A stretch of DNA of 64,000 nt from Promethearchaeota archaeon (GTDB lineage: Archaea > Asgardarchaeota > Lokiarchaeia > Sigyniarchaeales > SOKP01): assembly GCA_048938005.1 (NCBI GenBank), contig JBHLMQ010000002.1:64001-128000 (forward strand). The letters are read 5' to 3'. The position numbers were made by a program, and so were the translations under genes. The notes under the pieces were generated by a model. That model did no database searches. It was not told where the DNA came from and worked only from the letters and a program-made list of their open reading frames with translations. Positions 45,984 through 55,967 of the stretch are shown in pieces. Each line of letters opens with the position of its first letter. Within the stretch, counting starts at the first letter, position 1.

Positions 45984-47636
45984 TTGAGCCTCTGGATTCC
46001 TGTAGCAAAAAATGAAATTCGGTTAAAAACAAGTCGATTTAGGAAAAATCGGAAATTATTCTTTATTGTAATTTTTTCAATATTTTTATTATGGTCATCA
46101 TATTTAGGACCAATTTTAATTGATGCAATATTGCCAGAAATTATAAAAATATTTTCCTCCAACTATGTAGGAATAATTATTCCATTAATTGAGTATACTT
46201 TTAGTACCTTATTTTTAATGTATGTAATGTATCCTCTCTTTATTCTTTTTAGAAAAGCAGAAATTGGTTACAAAGAGATCATATTAGCATCTCCAATAAA
46301 ACGCAGTGATATTATTCTTGGTGAATTTATAGGGCGTTTGCCTTTTTACGCTTTACTTATTCTAGGAATTGGTCCATTTGGTATAACATTGATATTACAG
46401 ATTAATCCAGAAATGAATATTTTCCATTATCTCATTTTTTATTTAATTTTTTTTTCATTATCAATTTTTGGATCATTTATTGGAACAATTTTAGCCAATT
46501 GGGTTGAATTCAGAATAGCTAGGAGCGAGAAGATAAAAGAATTAAGGAGTATCTTTTTAATCTTATTGGCAATTTTAGTTTTAATAATATTTTATTCTTT
46601 TCAATATTTATTTGGTCTATTTAGGACTTATCCAGAATTTAAAAACTTTCTACTTTTTTATCCATCTTTATGGTATTCAAATATAATTCTATACCTTATT
46701 GATCCTAAGTTTATAGAATTATCTTTGTTTAATATTTGGGTAAATATTGGTCTCGCTATTATAATTCCTCTTTTATCTTTCTATTTTTTCTATAAAATAA
46801 GTAATTATACTTATGATTTAAATTTTGAATTTAATAAAAAATTTAAAATCATTCATAAGGAGCATAAATTCTACAATTTTATTAAAAGAATTACGCATAA
46901 GAACTACAAAGGATTGGTCGTTATCCATTTTAAAGAATTTTTTCGGAAAAAGCAGAATAAAGTAAAATTAGTCTATATTATTGGAGTTATTTCAATGTTT
47001 AGCATTTTTTTATATTTAGCTTTAGAAAATCAGCCGTTTGTTTTTGAAACGAGTTTCTTAGGTATTCCTATAATTATTCAAATCATACTAAATCAAAATG
47101 TTTTAATGTTACTTATTTCATGGATGGGAAGTTTTATTTTTGGAATTTTAATGGGAATGTCTGCTTTTGTTGATTCTAAAGATGTATTATTTGTTTATAA
47201 AAAATCACCAATGGGTCTAAAAGCATTTCTTCAATCTTATTTATACGAAATGGTATATATTTTACTTTTGATAGATATTTTCTTTACAATCCTTTTCACA
47301 TTCATTTTTATTCTCGAGATATTAGTTTCATTAACTTTTTTTTTCATATTTATGATAAATAGCATTATTATCATTATTCAAGCAATAGGGATTCAATGTA
47401 TCAGACCTTTATTCGAGGAACGTCGTAAAAATATGATTTTTAACAATTATTATTTACTTGCCCTACAAGTTCTTTCTTTATTTATAACTCTCTATTTAAT
47501 TATCCCCGTTATGATAGGTACAATTGATACTTCTTCTGGTCTTTTTCTTATACTTCTAATTAATATTGGTATATCCACAGGATTAGCATCATTAATATTT
47601 TCATTTGGGATTCATAATTTAAAGAAAATTGAATAA
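45984..47636 (+). CDS. Polytopic membrane protein, putative ABC-2-type exporter permease
   Basis: About 12 TM helices in two halves. AKNEIR and ILASPIKRSDIILGEF, then KEFFR and YKKSPMG. TTG start. Confidence 0.65.
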   Translation: MSLWIPVAKNEIRLKTSRFRKNRKLFFIVIFSIFLLWSSYLGPILIDAILPEIIKIFSSNYVGIIIPLIEYTFSTLFLMYVMYPLFILFRKAEIGYKEIILASPIKRSDIILGEFIGRLPFYALLILGIGPFGITLILQINPEMNIFHYLIFYLIFFSLSIFGSFIGTILANWVEFRIARSEKIKELRSIFLILLAILVLIIFYSFQYLFGLFRTYPEFKNFLLFYPSLWYSNIILYLIDPKFIELSLFNIWVNIGLAIIIPLLSFYFFYKISNYTYDLNFEFNKKFKIIHKEHKFYNFIKRITHKNYKGLVVIHFKEFFRKKQNKVKLVYIIGVISMFSIFLYLALENQPFVFETSFLGIPIIIQIILNQNVLMLLISWMGSFIFGILMGMSAFVDSKDVLFVYKKSPMGLKAFLQSYLYEMVYILLLIDIFFTILFTFIFILEILVSLTFFFIFMINSIIIIIQAIGIQCIRPLFEERRKNMIFNNYYLLALQVLSLFITLYLIIPVMIGTIDTSSGLFLILLINIGISTGLASLIFSFGIHNLKKIE

Positions 47637-47638
47637 AC

Positions 47639-47914
47639 CTATTTAAAATCCTTTTTAATACCCCAAATTTTTTTCAGTCCTTTGATTAAAATATGTATTG
47701 CTAAAGGAACTAGTAATAAGAAGAAGCCTAGGGGATTAATGAAAATATTTTTAATAAATGTTGAGAGAACTTCAAATGGATCGAAAAAAAATAATTGGAT
47801 TATGAAAAATAAATAAATAGCAGCACCAAAAACGAGAAAAAAAGTATTTGCTTTTATTGTTGATAAATATATTAAAATAATAATTAAAAAAAGAAAAGAT
47901 TCAAGAATTTCCAT
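47639..47914 (-). CDS. Small hydrophobic membrane protein
   Basis: 91 aa ATG-started ORF with 3 hydrophobic segments filling an intergenic gap. Confidence 0.5.
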   Translation of the reverse strand: MEILESFLFLIIILIYLSTIKANTFFLVFGAAIYLFFIIQLFFFDPFEVLSTFIKNIFINPLGFFLLLVPLAIHILIKGLKKIWGIKKDFK

Positions 47915-47971
47915 TTTAGCAAAAAAATCTATGTTTTAAAATATATAAAAAAAAAGGATTTAAAAATTTGA

Positions 47972-48817
47972 TTAACTTATTCTTTTCTTTCTCTTTGTAT
48001 AATAGATTAAACCTATTACAGCACTAGTAGTAATTATTAAAATGATTGAAAGCTCATATCCGAAAATTTCTTCTTCTGCGAATCCTACGGTTATAATGGT
48101 TGCTCCACCATACTTAATGAGAGCATCACTAAGAACCCCATTAGCATTATATCTAACCGTGGCATCTACTTCACCAAAAGTTCCATTGAATATATAGTTG
48201 CTAACGTTAAATTCAAAGTATCCACCGGGATAATTAACATTCATTCCATTTTCTAGCGCAGTTATCGAAATGTTTCCTGGAATCTCCGGAACCATTGATT
48301 TAAGAGTATTAATTTCATCTTCAAGTATTGTCCAATTCATATTCATTGGCATAAACAAGCCCCCGATGGTTCCATTAGGAAAAAAAACGCCACTTGCAAG
48401 ATCCATGATTCCTCCTGTGTAGTTATCTTGGAACTTCACAATAATATGGTTAAATTCTGCAATATCCTCAATTGTAGTAGTTCCTGGAAAAACTAAAGAA
48501 AGCGAGCATAAAACGTTTACGTATTTTGTACCCATAAAATCCATTTCGTCTGAAACAGATTTAACGTTTACTTTAACATTAATACTTGCAGAACCAACAA
48601 AATAAGTTGAATAATCAGGGGGCATCTCACCAGTTATATTTAAGTCTTCATATAAATCTAGTAAAGGCTCTGCGTTTACTGTAATTTTCCATGTAAAGCT
48701 ATCACCAGCGCTTACTCCTACCCAATCAGGTGGAAGAGCATTAGAAACATTTATAGATGATAAAAATAATAAACAACCGACTATACTAATACCGATTAAT
48801 TTAATCTTATTCTTCAT
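47972..48817 (-). CDS. Secreted cell-surface protein with a C-terminal membrane anchor/sorting signal
   Basis: Signal peptide, W-VGVSAGD...W start of the mature domain, several N-x-S/T sequons, and C-terminal IFGY + TM + KRKKR (PGF/PEF-CTERM-like layout). Confidence 0.8.
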   Translation of the reverse strand: MKNKIKLIGISIVGCLLFLSSINVSNALPPDWVGVSAGDSFTWKITVNAEPLLDLYEDLNITGEMPPDYSTYFVGSASINVKVNVKSVSDEMDFMGTKYVNVLCSLSLVFPGTTTIEDIAEFNHIIVKFQDNYTGGIMDLASGVFFPNGTIGGLFMPMNMNWTILEDEINTLKSMVPEIPGNISITALENGMNVNYPGGYFEFNVSNYIFNGTFGEVDATVRYNANGVLSDALIKYGGATIITVGFAEEEIFGYELSIILIITTSAVIGLIYYTKRKKRIS

Positions 48818-49060
48818 ATTATATTCTCATCCTCTATTTTTAAAGAAATTAAAAAAGTTACAATTATAATTTCAATACAATTATTTAAATCTATCATTGA
48901 ATTTGCTGCTTCTTCTTAATATCAATTCTTTATATATATAAAGCTATAAAAATATATTTATATTATACAATTATTTGATTCTAATAAAACAGTTTTATTA
49001 GTACCTTGATATCAAATTTCATTTTTAAAGATAATTTAAATTGGATTACTATTAATATAA

Positions 49061-49774
49061 TTGATAATGAAATTTTCAAGATATGAATCAAGATTTAAAG
49101 CGGGAGAAATATTAGCAGATTTTGTTTTTAATAAGGATAAAACCCTTGGTATACATGTTTTTGATGATCCAAATCAATTTTTTTGCTTTGCGATTCCTAA
49201 TGGAGGGATCCCTGTTGTTGAAGGATTTTGTTTTAAATTGAATATTAATTATGATATATTAATTGTACGTAAAATTAAAATACCATTTAATACTGAAGCA
49301 GGTTTTGGATCAGTCACTCCCGATGGGACTATATTAATAAATCAATCTCTGCTATACCATTTAAACTTATCCCAAAAGGCAATCAATGATTCTATAGAGT
49401 TAACTAAACAAGAAATCAAAGAGAGACTTAAATTTTATGAAAAAGATTTAAAACTTGAGAATTTTTATGAGGAATGTATCTATAATAAACACATTTTCAT
49501 TCTAGATGATGGGCTAGCCTCAGGTTTTACAATGTTAGCTGCAATAAGCATGATAAAAAAATATCATCCAAAAAAGGTCTTTATTGCTGTTCCAACAGCT
49601 CCTCTTAGAACCGTTAAAAAAATTAAAGAAAATGTTGATGATGTTTTTTGCCCAAATATTAGAGAGGTTCTGTGGTTTGCTGTTGCAGATGCATATAAAA
49701 ATTGGTACGATGTACCTGAATCTGAAGTTGTAGAAATTTTAAATAATTCAAAATACTATGTGCAAAATATATAA
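49061..49774 (+). CDS. Type I phosphoribosyltransferase family protein
   Basis: AIPNGG, VRKI..P...E.GFG, ILDDGLASGFTM and AVP. Confidence 0.9.
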   Translation: MIMKFSRYESRFKAGEILADFVFNKDKTLGIHVFDDPNQFFCFAIPNGGIPVVEGFCFKLNINYDILIVRKIKIPFNTEAGFGSVTPDGTILINQSLLYHLNLSQKAINDSIELTKQEIKERLKFYEKDLKLENFYEECIYNKHIFILDDGLASGFTMLAAISMIKKYHPKKVFIAVPTAPLRTVKKIKENVDDVFCPNIREVLWFAVADAYKNWYDVPESEVVEILNNSKYYVQNI

Positions 49775-49830
49775 AAAATAATAGTATTTAGAGAGAATTC
49801 ATTCAGTAAAAAAAACTAAGATTTAGAAAG

Positions 49831-51213
49831 ATGCATATTGAATTAAAAGAATTCCTAAAATCAAATAAACGTCTGGTAATTATTTATTTTGGTTCTTTTA
49901 GTATACAAATTATAGTATTTTTAATAATTCAAGTTTTTGATTGGACCTCCCAGGAATCGTTAAATTCTTCATGGTTTAATCTATTGATGAATACAGTGGA
50001 ACCATATTCAGATTACAAATTTTGGTATCAAGGTTTTGCCAAACAGTTTATTTATGATGATTGGTTACCATACATTCAACAATTTGAAGACCCTTCTAAA
50101 TACCGAAATATTTTTGAGTACATTTTAGTTATTATTCTCGGAAATGGGCAGTTAAATTTCATTTATCCCCCTTTCTTTTTTTATAGCATAATTATTCCAG
50201 CATTAATCAGTATAGATTTAGTGTTTCTTCCTTTATTATTAGCAAATCTTTTATTACCATTTATAATTTATAAATTTCTTAATAATTTTTATGGAAAAAA
50301 TATAGCAGAATGGGGTTTTATCACTACAACCTTATGTCCCCTTTCAATTTTTTATAATGGGGGGTTATTACTAAATACATCTTATATAACTCTTTTTTTC
50401 GTTCTGGCATTATATTTTATTTCAATTAATAGATTTACATCAGCAACAGTCTTTTTAGCTATCTCTTTTCTTTTTAAACAAACAGCTATTTTTTTTATTC
50501 CTCCAATTTTAGCATACATAATCTTAAAACATAAGTCAAGTGAAAATAAAATTGGGTTTCTTAGCTATACCAAAAGCTTCCTTAAATATACAGGAATATT
50601 GGTGGCAATAATATTATTGGGATCATTACCATGGATTATTATTACTCCAAAAAATTATATTGAGGCGTTACTTGTCAATCAATCTATAACTTTTTATCCT
50701 GTATTTATTAATCCATGGTATAATTTTCCAGTACATTGGTATAGCTTTTTGATTGGATTAGGTGCTCCATATTGGTTATTGTATATCTTAGGTTTTCTCA
50801 CCTTTACTTTTATAGGGATAATACTTATGGAAATAATTGTTTTATTTTTATTGTTTAAGTGGCACCATAATGATGAATTGAATTGGAAGAAATTAATTGA
50901 TGTGATCATTTATGTAGCTTTTATAAGTCATCTTTTCCTTCCAAGGGGAGTATATAAATATTACTTTACTTTTCACGTCCCTCTTGTCATTCTTTGGATT
51001 TGCGTTCATTTCAATGACATTTTATCTAGTGATAGAAGTAAACAACTAAATTGGAGGTTAATATTCATACTTGGTTCTCTTATAATTATAATCATACCAC
51101 GTTTGTATTATTTGATAATAATTTGGTTAATTCTTGCTTTTATAATTAAAACAAATTTAAATCTCAGAAAACAAGAAATCCCATTAAAAATGGAAAACCT
51201 AGATTTAAATTAA
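49831..51213 (+). CDS. GT-C fold membrane glycosyltransferase (GT87/PIG-M/ArnT-like)
   Basis: D-Y...Y loop, PY, IYPP, LAISFLFKQ and more than 10 TM helices. Confidence 0.7.
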   Translation: MHIELKEFLKSNKRLVIIYFGSFSIQIIVFLIIQVFDWTSQESLNSSWFNLLMNTVEPYSDYKFWYQGFAKQFIYDDWLPYIQQFEDPSKYRNIFEYILVIILGNGQLNFIYPPFFFYSIIIPALISIDLVFLPLLLANLLLPFIIYKFLNNFYGKNIAEWGFITTTLCPLSIFYNGGLLLNTSYITLFFVLALYFISINRFTSATVFLAISFLFKQTAIFFIPPILAYIILKHKSSENKIGFLSYTKSFLKYTGILVAIILLGSLPWIIITPKNYIEALLVNQSITFYPVFINPWYNFPVHWYSFLIGLGAPYWLLYILGFLTFTFIGIILMEIIVLFLLFKWHHNDELNWKKLIDVIIYVAFISHLFLPRGVYKYYFTFHVPLVILWICVHFNDILSSDRSKQLNWRLIFILGSLIIIIIPRLYYLIIIWLILAFIIKTNLNLRKQEIPLKMENLDLN

Positions 51214-51296
51214 ATTAAAAATTAGAAACTATACTTTTACATAAAACATGATATATTTCAAGTTTAATATAAATACCTTATTTAAACTAGACTTTT

Positions 51297-52658
51297 TTAT
51301 CTAACCAATAAATCAGTTTGATATTTTTCTTTTTTTAAAAAAAAATGAAGAATATTAATCAAACTTATAATAATTAGTATTGAACTAAACAAAATTAGAC
51401 TATATAGATTACTTATTATTGATTCAAGATTAAAAATAATAATAATTAAAGCATATATAAGCAGGCTAAAACTTAGTATTAATATTGATTTATGTGTTTT
51501 ACTCTCTCTCCTAAAAAATCTTCCTAATAAGTAAAAAGGGAAGGCTAATCCAATAGATCCAATAACTATCAGTGGAATAAAGATTAAATAAAGTTCAATT
51601 CTCGATTGAAGTGAGAAATACACAATAATCCTATAATAGAATACATCAACTACAAGCTGATGAAATAAAAATAACTCAAGAGTCTCTTTTCCAGGAATCT
51701 CAAGCATTTTATTGATTTTTGTTGTATATTTAAAGAACCAAATTGAAAAGATAACAAAGGAAATTGTTATTAACGGATGATATAAAATCCTAATAAAATC
51801 TAAAAGAGTGTAATTTGTTATTGGGAAAAAAAAGTAAAACAATATAATAATAATTAATGATACAAGCGCAGTTAATCCAACACCATTTTTCTGTAAAATA
51901 TTTATAGATTTATTAGGATTTTTCCCTATCCAAAAACCTAGCAACATTCCAAAAAGAAAAACGAAAAATCGAAGCGCAAATAAACTATAATACCATAAAA
52001 AGTCTAGTTTTGGGGGTAATTGAGTAACTAAATCTTTAGATATTTCAAAAATAGTGTTGGCAAATACGTTAGCAAAGAAAAGATAACATATAAAAAGCAA
52101 AATACCCAAAAATGCTGTTAATTTAACATTTTTTTTTATGCATAAATAAAATAGTGGGAAGAGTAGATAACAGCTTAAAATTAATGTGATATACCAATGG
52201 GGTGGAGCGATAATAAAAAAATTAGGGTTAGTTGGAATAGATTGTAATCCACTCATATGAATTAATATTGAATTGGCATCAAAATTTTCATTAAAAAGAT
52301 AATAATTACTAATTAAAAAGAAGAATGTAGATATAATCAGTAGTGGGTAAATTCTAACAATTCTTCTTTTATACCATTTTTTCCAAGAATGTTCTTTCTT
52401 ATTACTTCTCATTACTCCGATAGTTAATAACATACCACTCAAAAATATAAAAATATCTCCGGTGCTTTCAATAATTTCGAAAAAGGTACGTATGAATATA
52501 TTCGAATGATCTTTAATATCAGAAAGCTGCCCTATATGCCATATTATTATTCCTATGATTGCTATGGCTTGTATGGAAGTAATACTTCGAAAAAAGCTTT
52601 CTAATTTTGCTTCATTCCTTTTATTGTGGATTAACATTTGATTCTTGTTATTTTCCAT
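51297..52658 (-). CDS. Acyltransferase-3 (OafA-like) membrane O-acyltransferase
   Basis: AIAIIGIIIWH, FIFLSGMLL, KRRIVRIYP, WYI..LSCYLLFP and G..TLELFLFH. Confidence 0.85.
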   Translation of the reverse strand: MENNKNQMLIHNKRNEAKLESFFRSITSIQAIAIIGIIIWHIGQLSDIKDHSNIFIRTFFEIIESTGDIFIFLSGMLLTIGVMRSNKKEHSWKKWYKRRIVRIYPLLIISTFFFLISNYYLFNENFDANSILIHMSGLQSIPTNPNFFIIAPPHWYITLILSCYLLFPLFYLCIKKNVKLTAFLGILLFICYLFFANVFANTIFEISKDLVTQLPPKLDFLWYYSLFALRFFVFLFGMLLGFWIGKNPNKSINILQKNGVGLTALVSLIIIILFYFFFPITNYTLLDFIRILYHPLITISFVIFSIWFFKYTTKINKMLEIPGKETLELFLFHQLVVDVFYYRIIVYFSLQSRIELYLIFIPLIVIGSIGLAFPFYLLGRFFRRESKTHKSILILSFSLLIYALIIIIFNLESIISNLYSLILFSSILIIISLINILHFFLKKEKYQTDLLVR

Positions 52659-52835
52659 CTATTTAACTTAATTATAATGAGTTTTGAATTAGTAATAGTA
52701 ATTAGATGTTTAAATAATTTGTTGAGCTTGAAAATGTTAAAATCACATTTTATAGCATTAACTGGGAGTTAGGCTAAAGGTAGAAATTACAGAAAGGAGG
52801 TTTAATAAAAGAAAAGTAAAAAAAAATTTTATAAT

Positions 52836-53102
52836 TTAAGCGCTAATCAAACGGAATAATATTGAAGCATGAGGAATATAGAACTCATCTCTTTTCTTTA
52901 TCACAACAGTGTGAAAATATTCAGCAAGCCCCAGAAATCCACGAATTACTGACTCATCTTCTTCAAATCTAAAAATTACAGCGGCTATAGCAGATCCCGT
53001 ATTGAAACTAACCTTATCATATACTCTTTCATCGATTAGAGGGATTTTTAATTCGTTGACAATTTCATAAACCCGTTTAATGAAGAGTTCTCGCTTAGGC
53101 AT
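52836..53102 (-). CDS. Small hypothetical protein
   Basis: 88 aa with soluble globular composition. Divergent from the proline-rich/actin genes. Confidence 0.75.
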   Translation of the reverse strand: MPKRELFIKRVYEIVNELKIPLIDERVYDKVSFNTGSAIAAVIFRFEEDESVIRGFLGLAEYFHTVVIKKRDEFYIPHASILFRLISA

Positions 53103-53396
53103 TTTTCATAAACCTTTTTAATTTATTCTATTCTAAAGAATTTTTTAGAAAATTGAATTTTTAATAATTTTTAAACTTACTAATGAAATATGTTATATAA
53201 TATTATTAGTTTAAGTTTTTTAATAATTAACGTTTTTCTAGATGTAGATAATATTGGGATTTATAGACTCAATTAAGAATGGAATAAAAATATAAATACA
53301 TATTAATATATTTTATATAATTAAAATATAAAGATTATAAATAGTAATTTTAATTTTAATCAATTTTTCAATAATATTAGAGGAATTGAGTAGAAC

Positions 53397-54092
53397 GTGG
53401 TCTCAAAAGAACAGAAGAAAATTGAACGAGTTATAAACTTTATGAAAAAGGGTTTAAATTCTCTTGCTGATGATCTGGAAGAAACAGTTAAGGGAATTAA
53501 TGATTTTATCAAATCTTTAGCAAAGGCTCAGAAGGATTTGAAGGAAGTTTCTGTTGGTGAAGAAGTTTTAACCGTTAGTACTTCCTCTAAAAAAATTGTT
53601 GCAGCAACTGATGGTCAAGCTAAAACAGCTGCTGCTAGTACATTATTTAGTTTATTAAGTACTAGCGGAGGTGCTGGAGCTCCAGTACCTGCAGCTGCTC
53701 CTGCAACAACACTCCCAGCAGCACCCGCACCCCCAGGTGCTGGGCCTCCATCTGCGCCAAAACCCCCTAGCGCAGGACCACCTACAAAAGCTGGGCCACC
53801 AACTGCACCACCAAGTAGTGTTGGGCCTCCAAGAAAGCCTGGTTTACCACCAGCTCCAAAATTACCTCCAACAGGCGGTGCACCCCCTGTAGCACCAAGT
53901 GCAAGCCCCCCAAAAGCCCCTAGTGGACCAACAAGCGCGAGTCCCCCAAGTGCCCCAGCATTTGCAAAAAGACCACCTGCACCAGCGGCAGCACCAACAA
54001 CAGCGGTTAAAGTAGGAGGAGGGTTGGGATCTCTTCGAGACGAAATGTTAGACGAATTAAATCGTCTAAAGAAAATTATGAGAGGCGAATAA
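53397..54092 (+). CDS. Coiled-coil, proline-rich protein with a C-terminal amphipathic (WH2-like) helix
   Basis: N-terminal heptad-like helix, ~110 aa Pro/Ala/Gly-rich linker (repeated GPP, APP, KPP), and C-terminal GGGLGSLRDEMLDELNRLKKIMRGE. GTG start. Confidence 0.8.
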   Translation: MVSKEQKKIERVINFMKKGLNSLADDLEETVKGINDFIKSLAKAQKDLKEVSVGEEVLTVSTSSKKIVAATDGQAKTAAASTLFSLLSTSGGAGAPVPAAAPATTLPAAPAPPGAGPPSAPKPPSAGPPTKAGPPTAPPSSVGPPRKPGLPPAPKLPPTGGAPPVAPSASPPKAPSGPTSASPPSAPAFAKRPPAPAAAPTTAVKVGGGLGSLRDEMLDELNRLKKIMRGE

Positions 54093-54370
54093 CGGCCCCT
54101 AAGATTTTTAATCTTCATTTTTCCTTAAAATCTTATTTCTATTATTTAGATATAGAGAGGATAAAAGATATAGAGATATTACGCGCAAATGTGATAATAT
54201 TATCTTAAAAAGACTTCGATTTCTACTTTTTTTGTATTAAGTGAATTTATTATCCATTAAAGATTCTATTAGCATAGAAGTAGGAAGGTTTTTTTAGTAA
54301 ATAAAATAATATATTAGATAGTGTCATTTTGGGTAGTTATCTTATTAATTAATTTGAAGTATAATAAAGT

Positions 54371-55492
54371 ATGGGAAATTTAACAGTTGTACTAGATATT
54401 GGTCAATTTAGTACCAAAATTGGATTCGCAGGAGAGGATAGTCCCTCACAAGTCTTTCTAACGATGGTTGGAAAACCAAAATATCAAAGTGTGGGTGCCA
54501 ATTATGAATCTAAGGCTTCTCGTGAAAATGAAATATATGTAGGTGACGAAATTCAATCTATTGGATTATATAAAATTTTTCATCCTATCGAAAAAGGAAT
54601 TGTTATTGATTGGAATCATTTTGAGAATATTATTGATTACATTTTCTATAATCTAAGAGTAGATCCTACACTTGTTAATATCTTATTTGCTGTGCATCCA
54701 TTATTTCCATATAAAGATTTAGAAAAAATATTTGAACTTTTTTTAGAAAAATATATGTGCATGAGTTTTTATCCTGTACTAGATTCCATGTTAACTTTAT
54801 ACTCAGGCGGTTTCCAAACGGGATTAATTATAGAAATTGGAGATAGTAATACAAGAATAGTTCCGATTTATGAAGGATATAAATTAGAACATGCAGTAAG
54901 GATTTTGGATATTGGTGGAAGAGTGTTAACTCGTCATATGGAACAGACTCTAGAATCTATTGGATGGTCTGTTGATTCTTCAATACGAAGAGAGTTGGTA
55001 AGGGTTTTAAAAGAAAAATCATGTTTTGTCTCATTAGATTATAATGAAGATCTAAAGCGAAGTGAACAATATGAGAAGGAATATTCTTTACCTGATGGTT
55101 CTACAATCTCACTTAATAAAGAAAGATTTATTGTACCGGAATTATTGTTTAAGCCATCATCAGAATTAGAAGAAGATGCATTACATGTAGCTATTATGGA
55201 TGTAATTGAAGCGTGTGATTTAGACATTCGTCCGGAATTGTTGAATAACATCTTTTTATCGGGTGGGTCCAGTATGTTTCCAAATTTAAAATCTCGCATT
55301 TATCAAGAATTAGAATTGGAATTAGCACGAAGAAAGAAAAAAGATCAAGTGATCAGAATAATAGCACCGATGGAAAGAACCTTTTCTGTATGGATTGGTG
55401 GATCAATCTTAGCGATGATCCCGGAATTTTCCCAAAATTGGATTACTCGCGCTAAGTATTTTAATGAAGGGATACCACCTAATTTACTATGA
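54371..55492 (+). CDS. Actin family protein (divergent actin/Arp-like)
   Basis: VVLDIG...KIGFAGEDSP, YVGDE, PIEKG, LYSGG.QTG, IGD..T.IVPIYEGY, IGGR.LT, KEK.CFV.LDY, Y.LPDG, ERF.VPE.LF.P, LSGGSSMFP and ER.FSVWIGGSILA. Confidence 0.95.
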   Translation: MGNLTVVLDIGQFSTKIGFAGEDSPSQVFLTMVGKPKYQSVGANYESKASRENEIYVGDEIQSIGLYKIFHPIEKGIVIDWNHFENIIDYIFYNLRVDPTLVNILFAVHPLFPYKDLEKIFELFLEKYMCMSFYPVLDSMLTLYSGGFQTGLIIEIGDSNTRIVPIYEGYKLEHAVRILDIGGRVLTRHMEQTLESIGWSVDSSIRRELVRVLKEKSCFVSLDYNEDLKRSEQYEKEYSLPDGSTISLNKERFIVPELLFKPSSELEEDALHVAIMDVIEACDLDIRPELLNNIFLSGGSSMFPNLKSRIYQELELELARRKKKDQVIRIIAPMERTFSVWIGGSILAMIPEFSQNWITRAKYFNEGIPPNLL

Positions 55493-55611
55493 TATATCCT
55501 ATCTTAATTTTTTAGAATATCCAGATAATATTAAGATAATATAATTTGTTAAATAAGAATTCTCAATATTAATTCATATTATAACCACTCCTTTTAAAGG
55601 TAAATTAGAAA

Positions 55612-55950
55612 ATGGAAAATTTTGGTGAAGATAGGTTTTATAAACCGAGCTATTCACTTTTATTTAACAAAATTAAAGATATCAAAACCCCAATAAAAAA
55701 TGAAATATTAATCGCTCTTCTTGATGGGCAATGGCATTCTGAATTGGAATTAATAAGAGTTACTAAAAAACAACATGTATTTGTCGGAGCTGTAACTTTA
55801 GGGACAATGATTCACGTATTAAATCATACTATTAAAAATAATTATCTTCAAAAAAAGATTGTAAATGGTAAAATGTATTATAAGTTGAACGATAATTATG
55901 TTGGATTAACAAGAGCAGCATATAGATTCGATGCAAACGATTTTCTTTAA
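55612..55950 (+). CDS. Hypothetical protein, probable winged helix
   Basis: EILIALLDGQWHSELEL helix pattern and a terminal beta-hairpin KKIVNGKMYYKL. Confidence 0.6.
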   Translation: MENFGEDRFYKPSYSLLFNKIKDIKTPIKNEILIALLDGQWHSELELIRVTKKQHVFVGAVTLGTMIHVLNHTIKNNYLQKKIVNGKMYYKLNDNYVGLTRAAYRFDANDFL

Positions 55951-55967
55951 TAATATTAAATAGCGTT

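Noticed and set aside
45593-46162. Long AT-rich gap and a 74-aa minus-strand ORF
   Set aside because: The ORF overlaps the permease gene antisense, and I saw no structured RNA or repeat in the gap.
53615-54118. 167-aa Gly/Ala-rich minus-strand ORF and local GC rise suggesting foreign DNA or an RNA gene
   Set aside because: It is the antisense shadow of the Pro/Ala-rich gene. Pro, Ala and Gly codons explain the GC rise.
54100-54135. Inverted repeat (TAAGATTTT...AAAATCTTA) just after the Pro-rich gene
   Set aside because: A 9-bp AT-only stem in very AT-rich DNA is too weak to call a terminator or operator.
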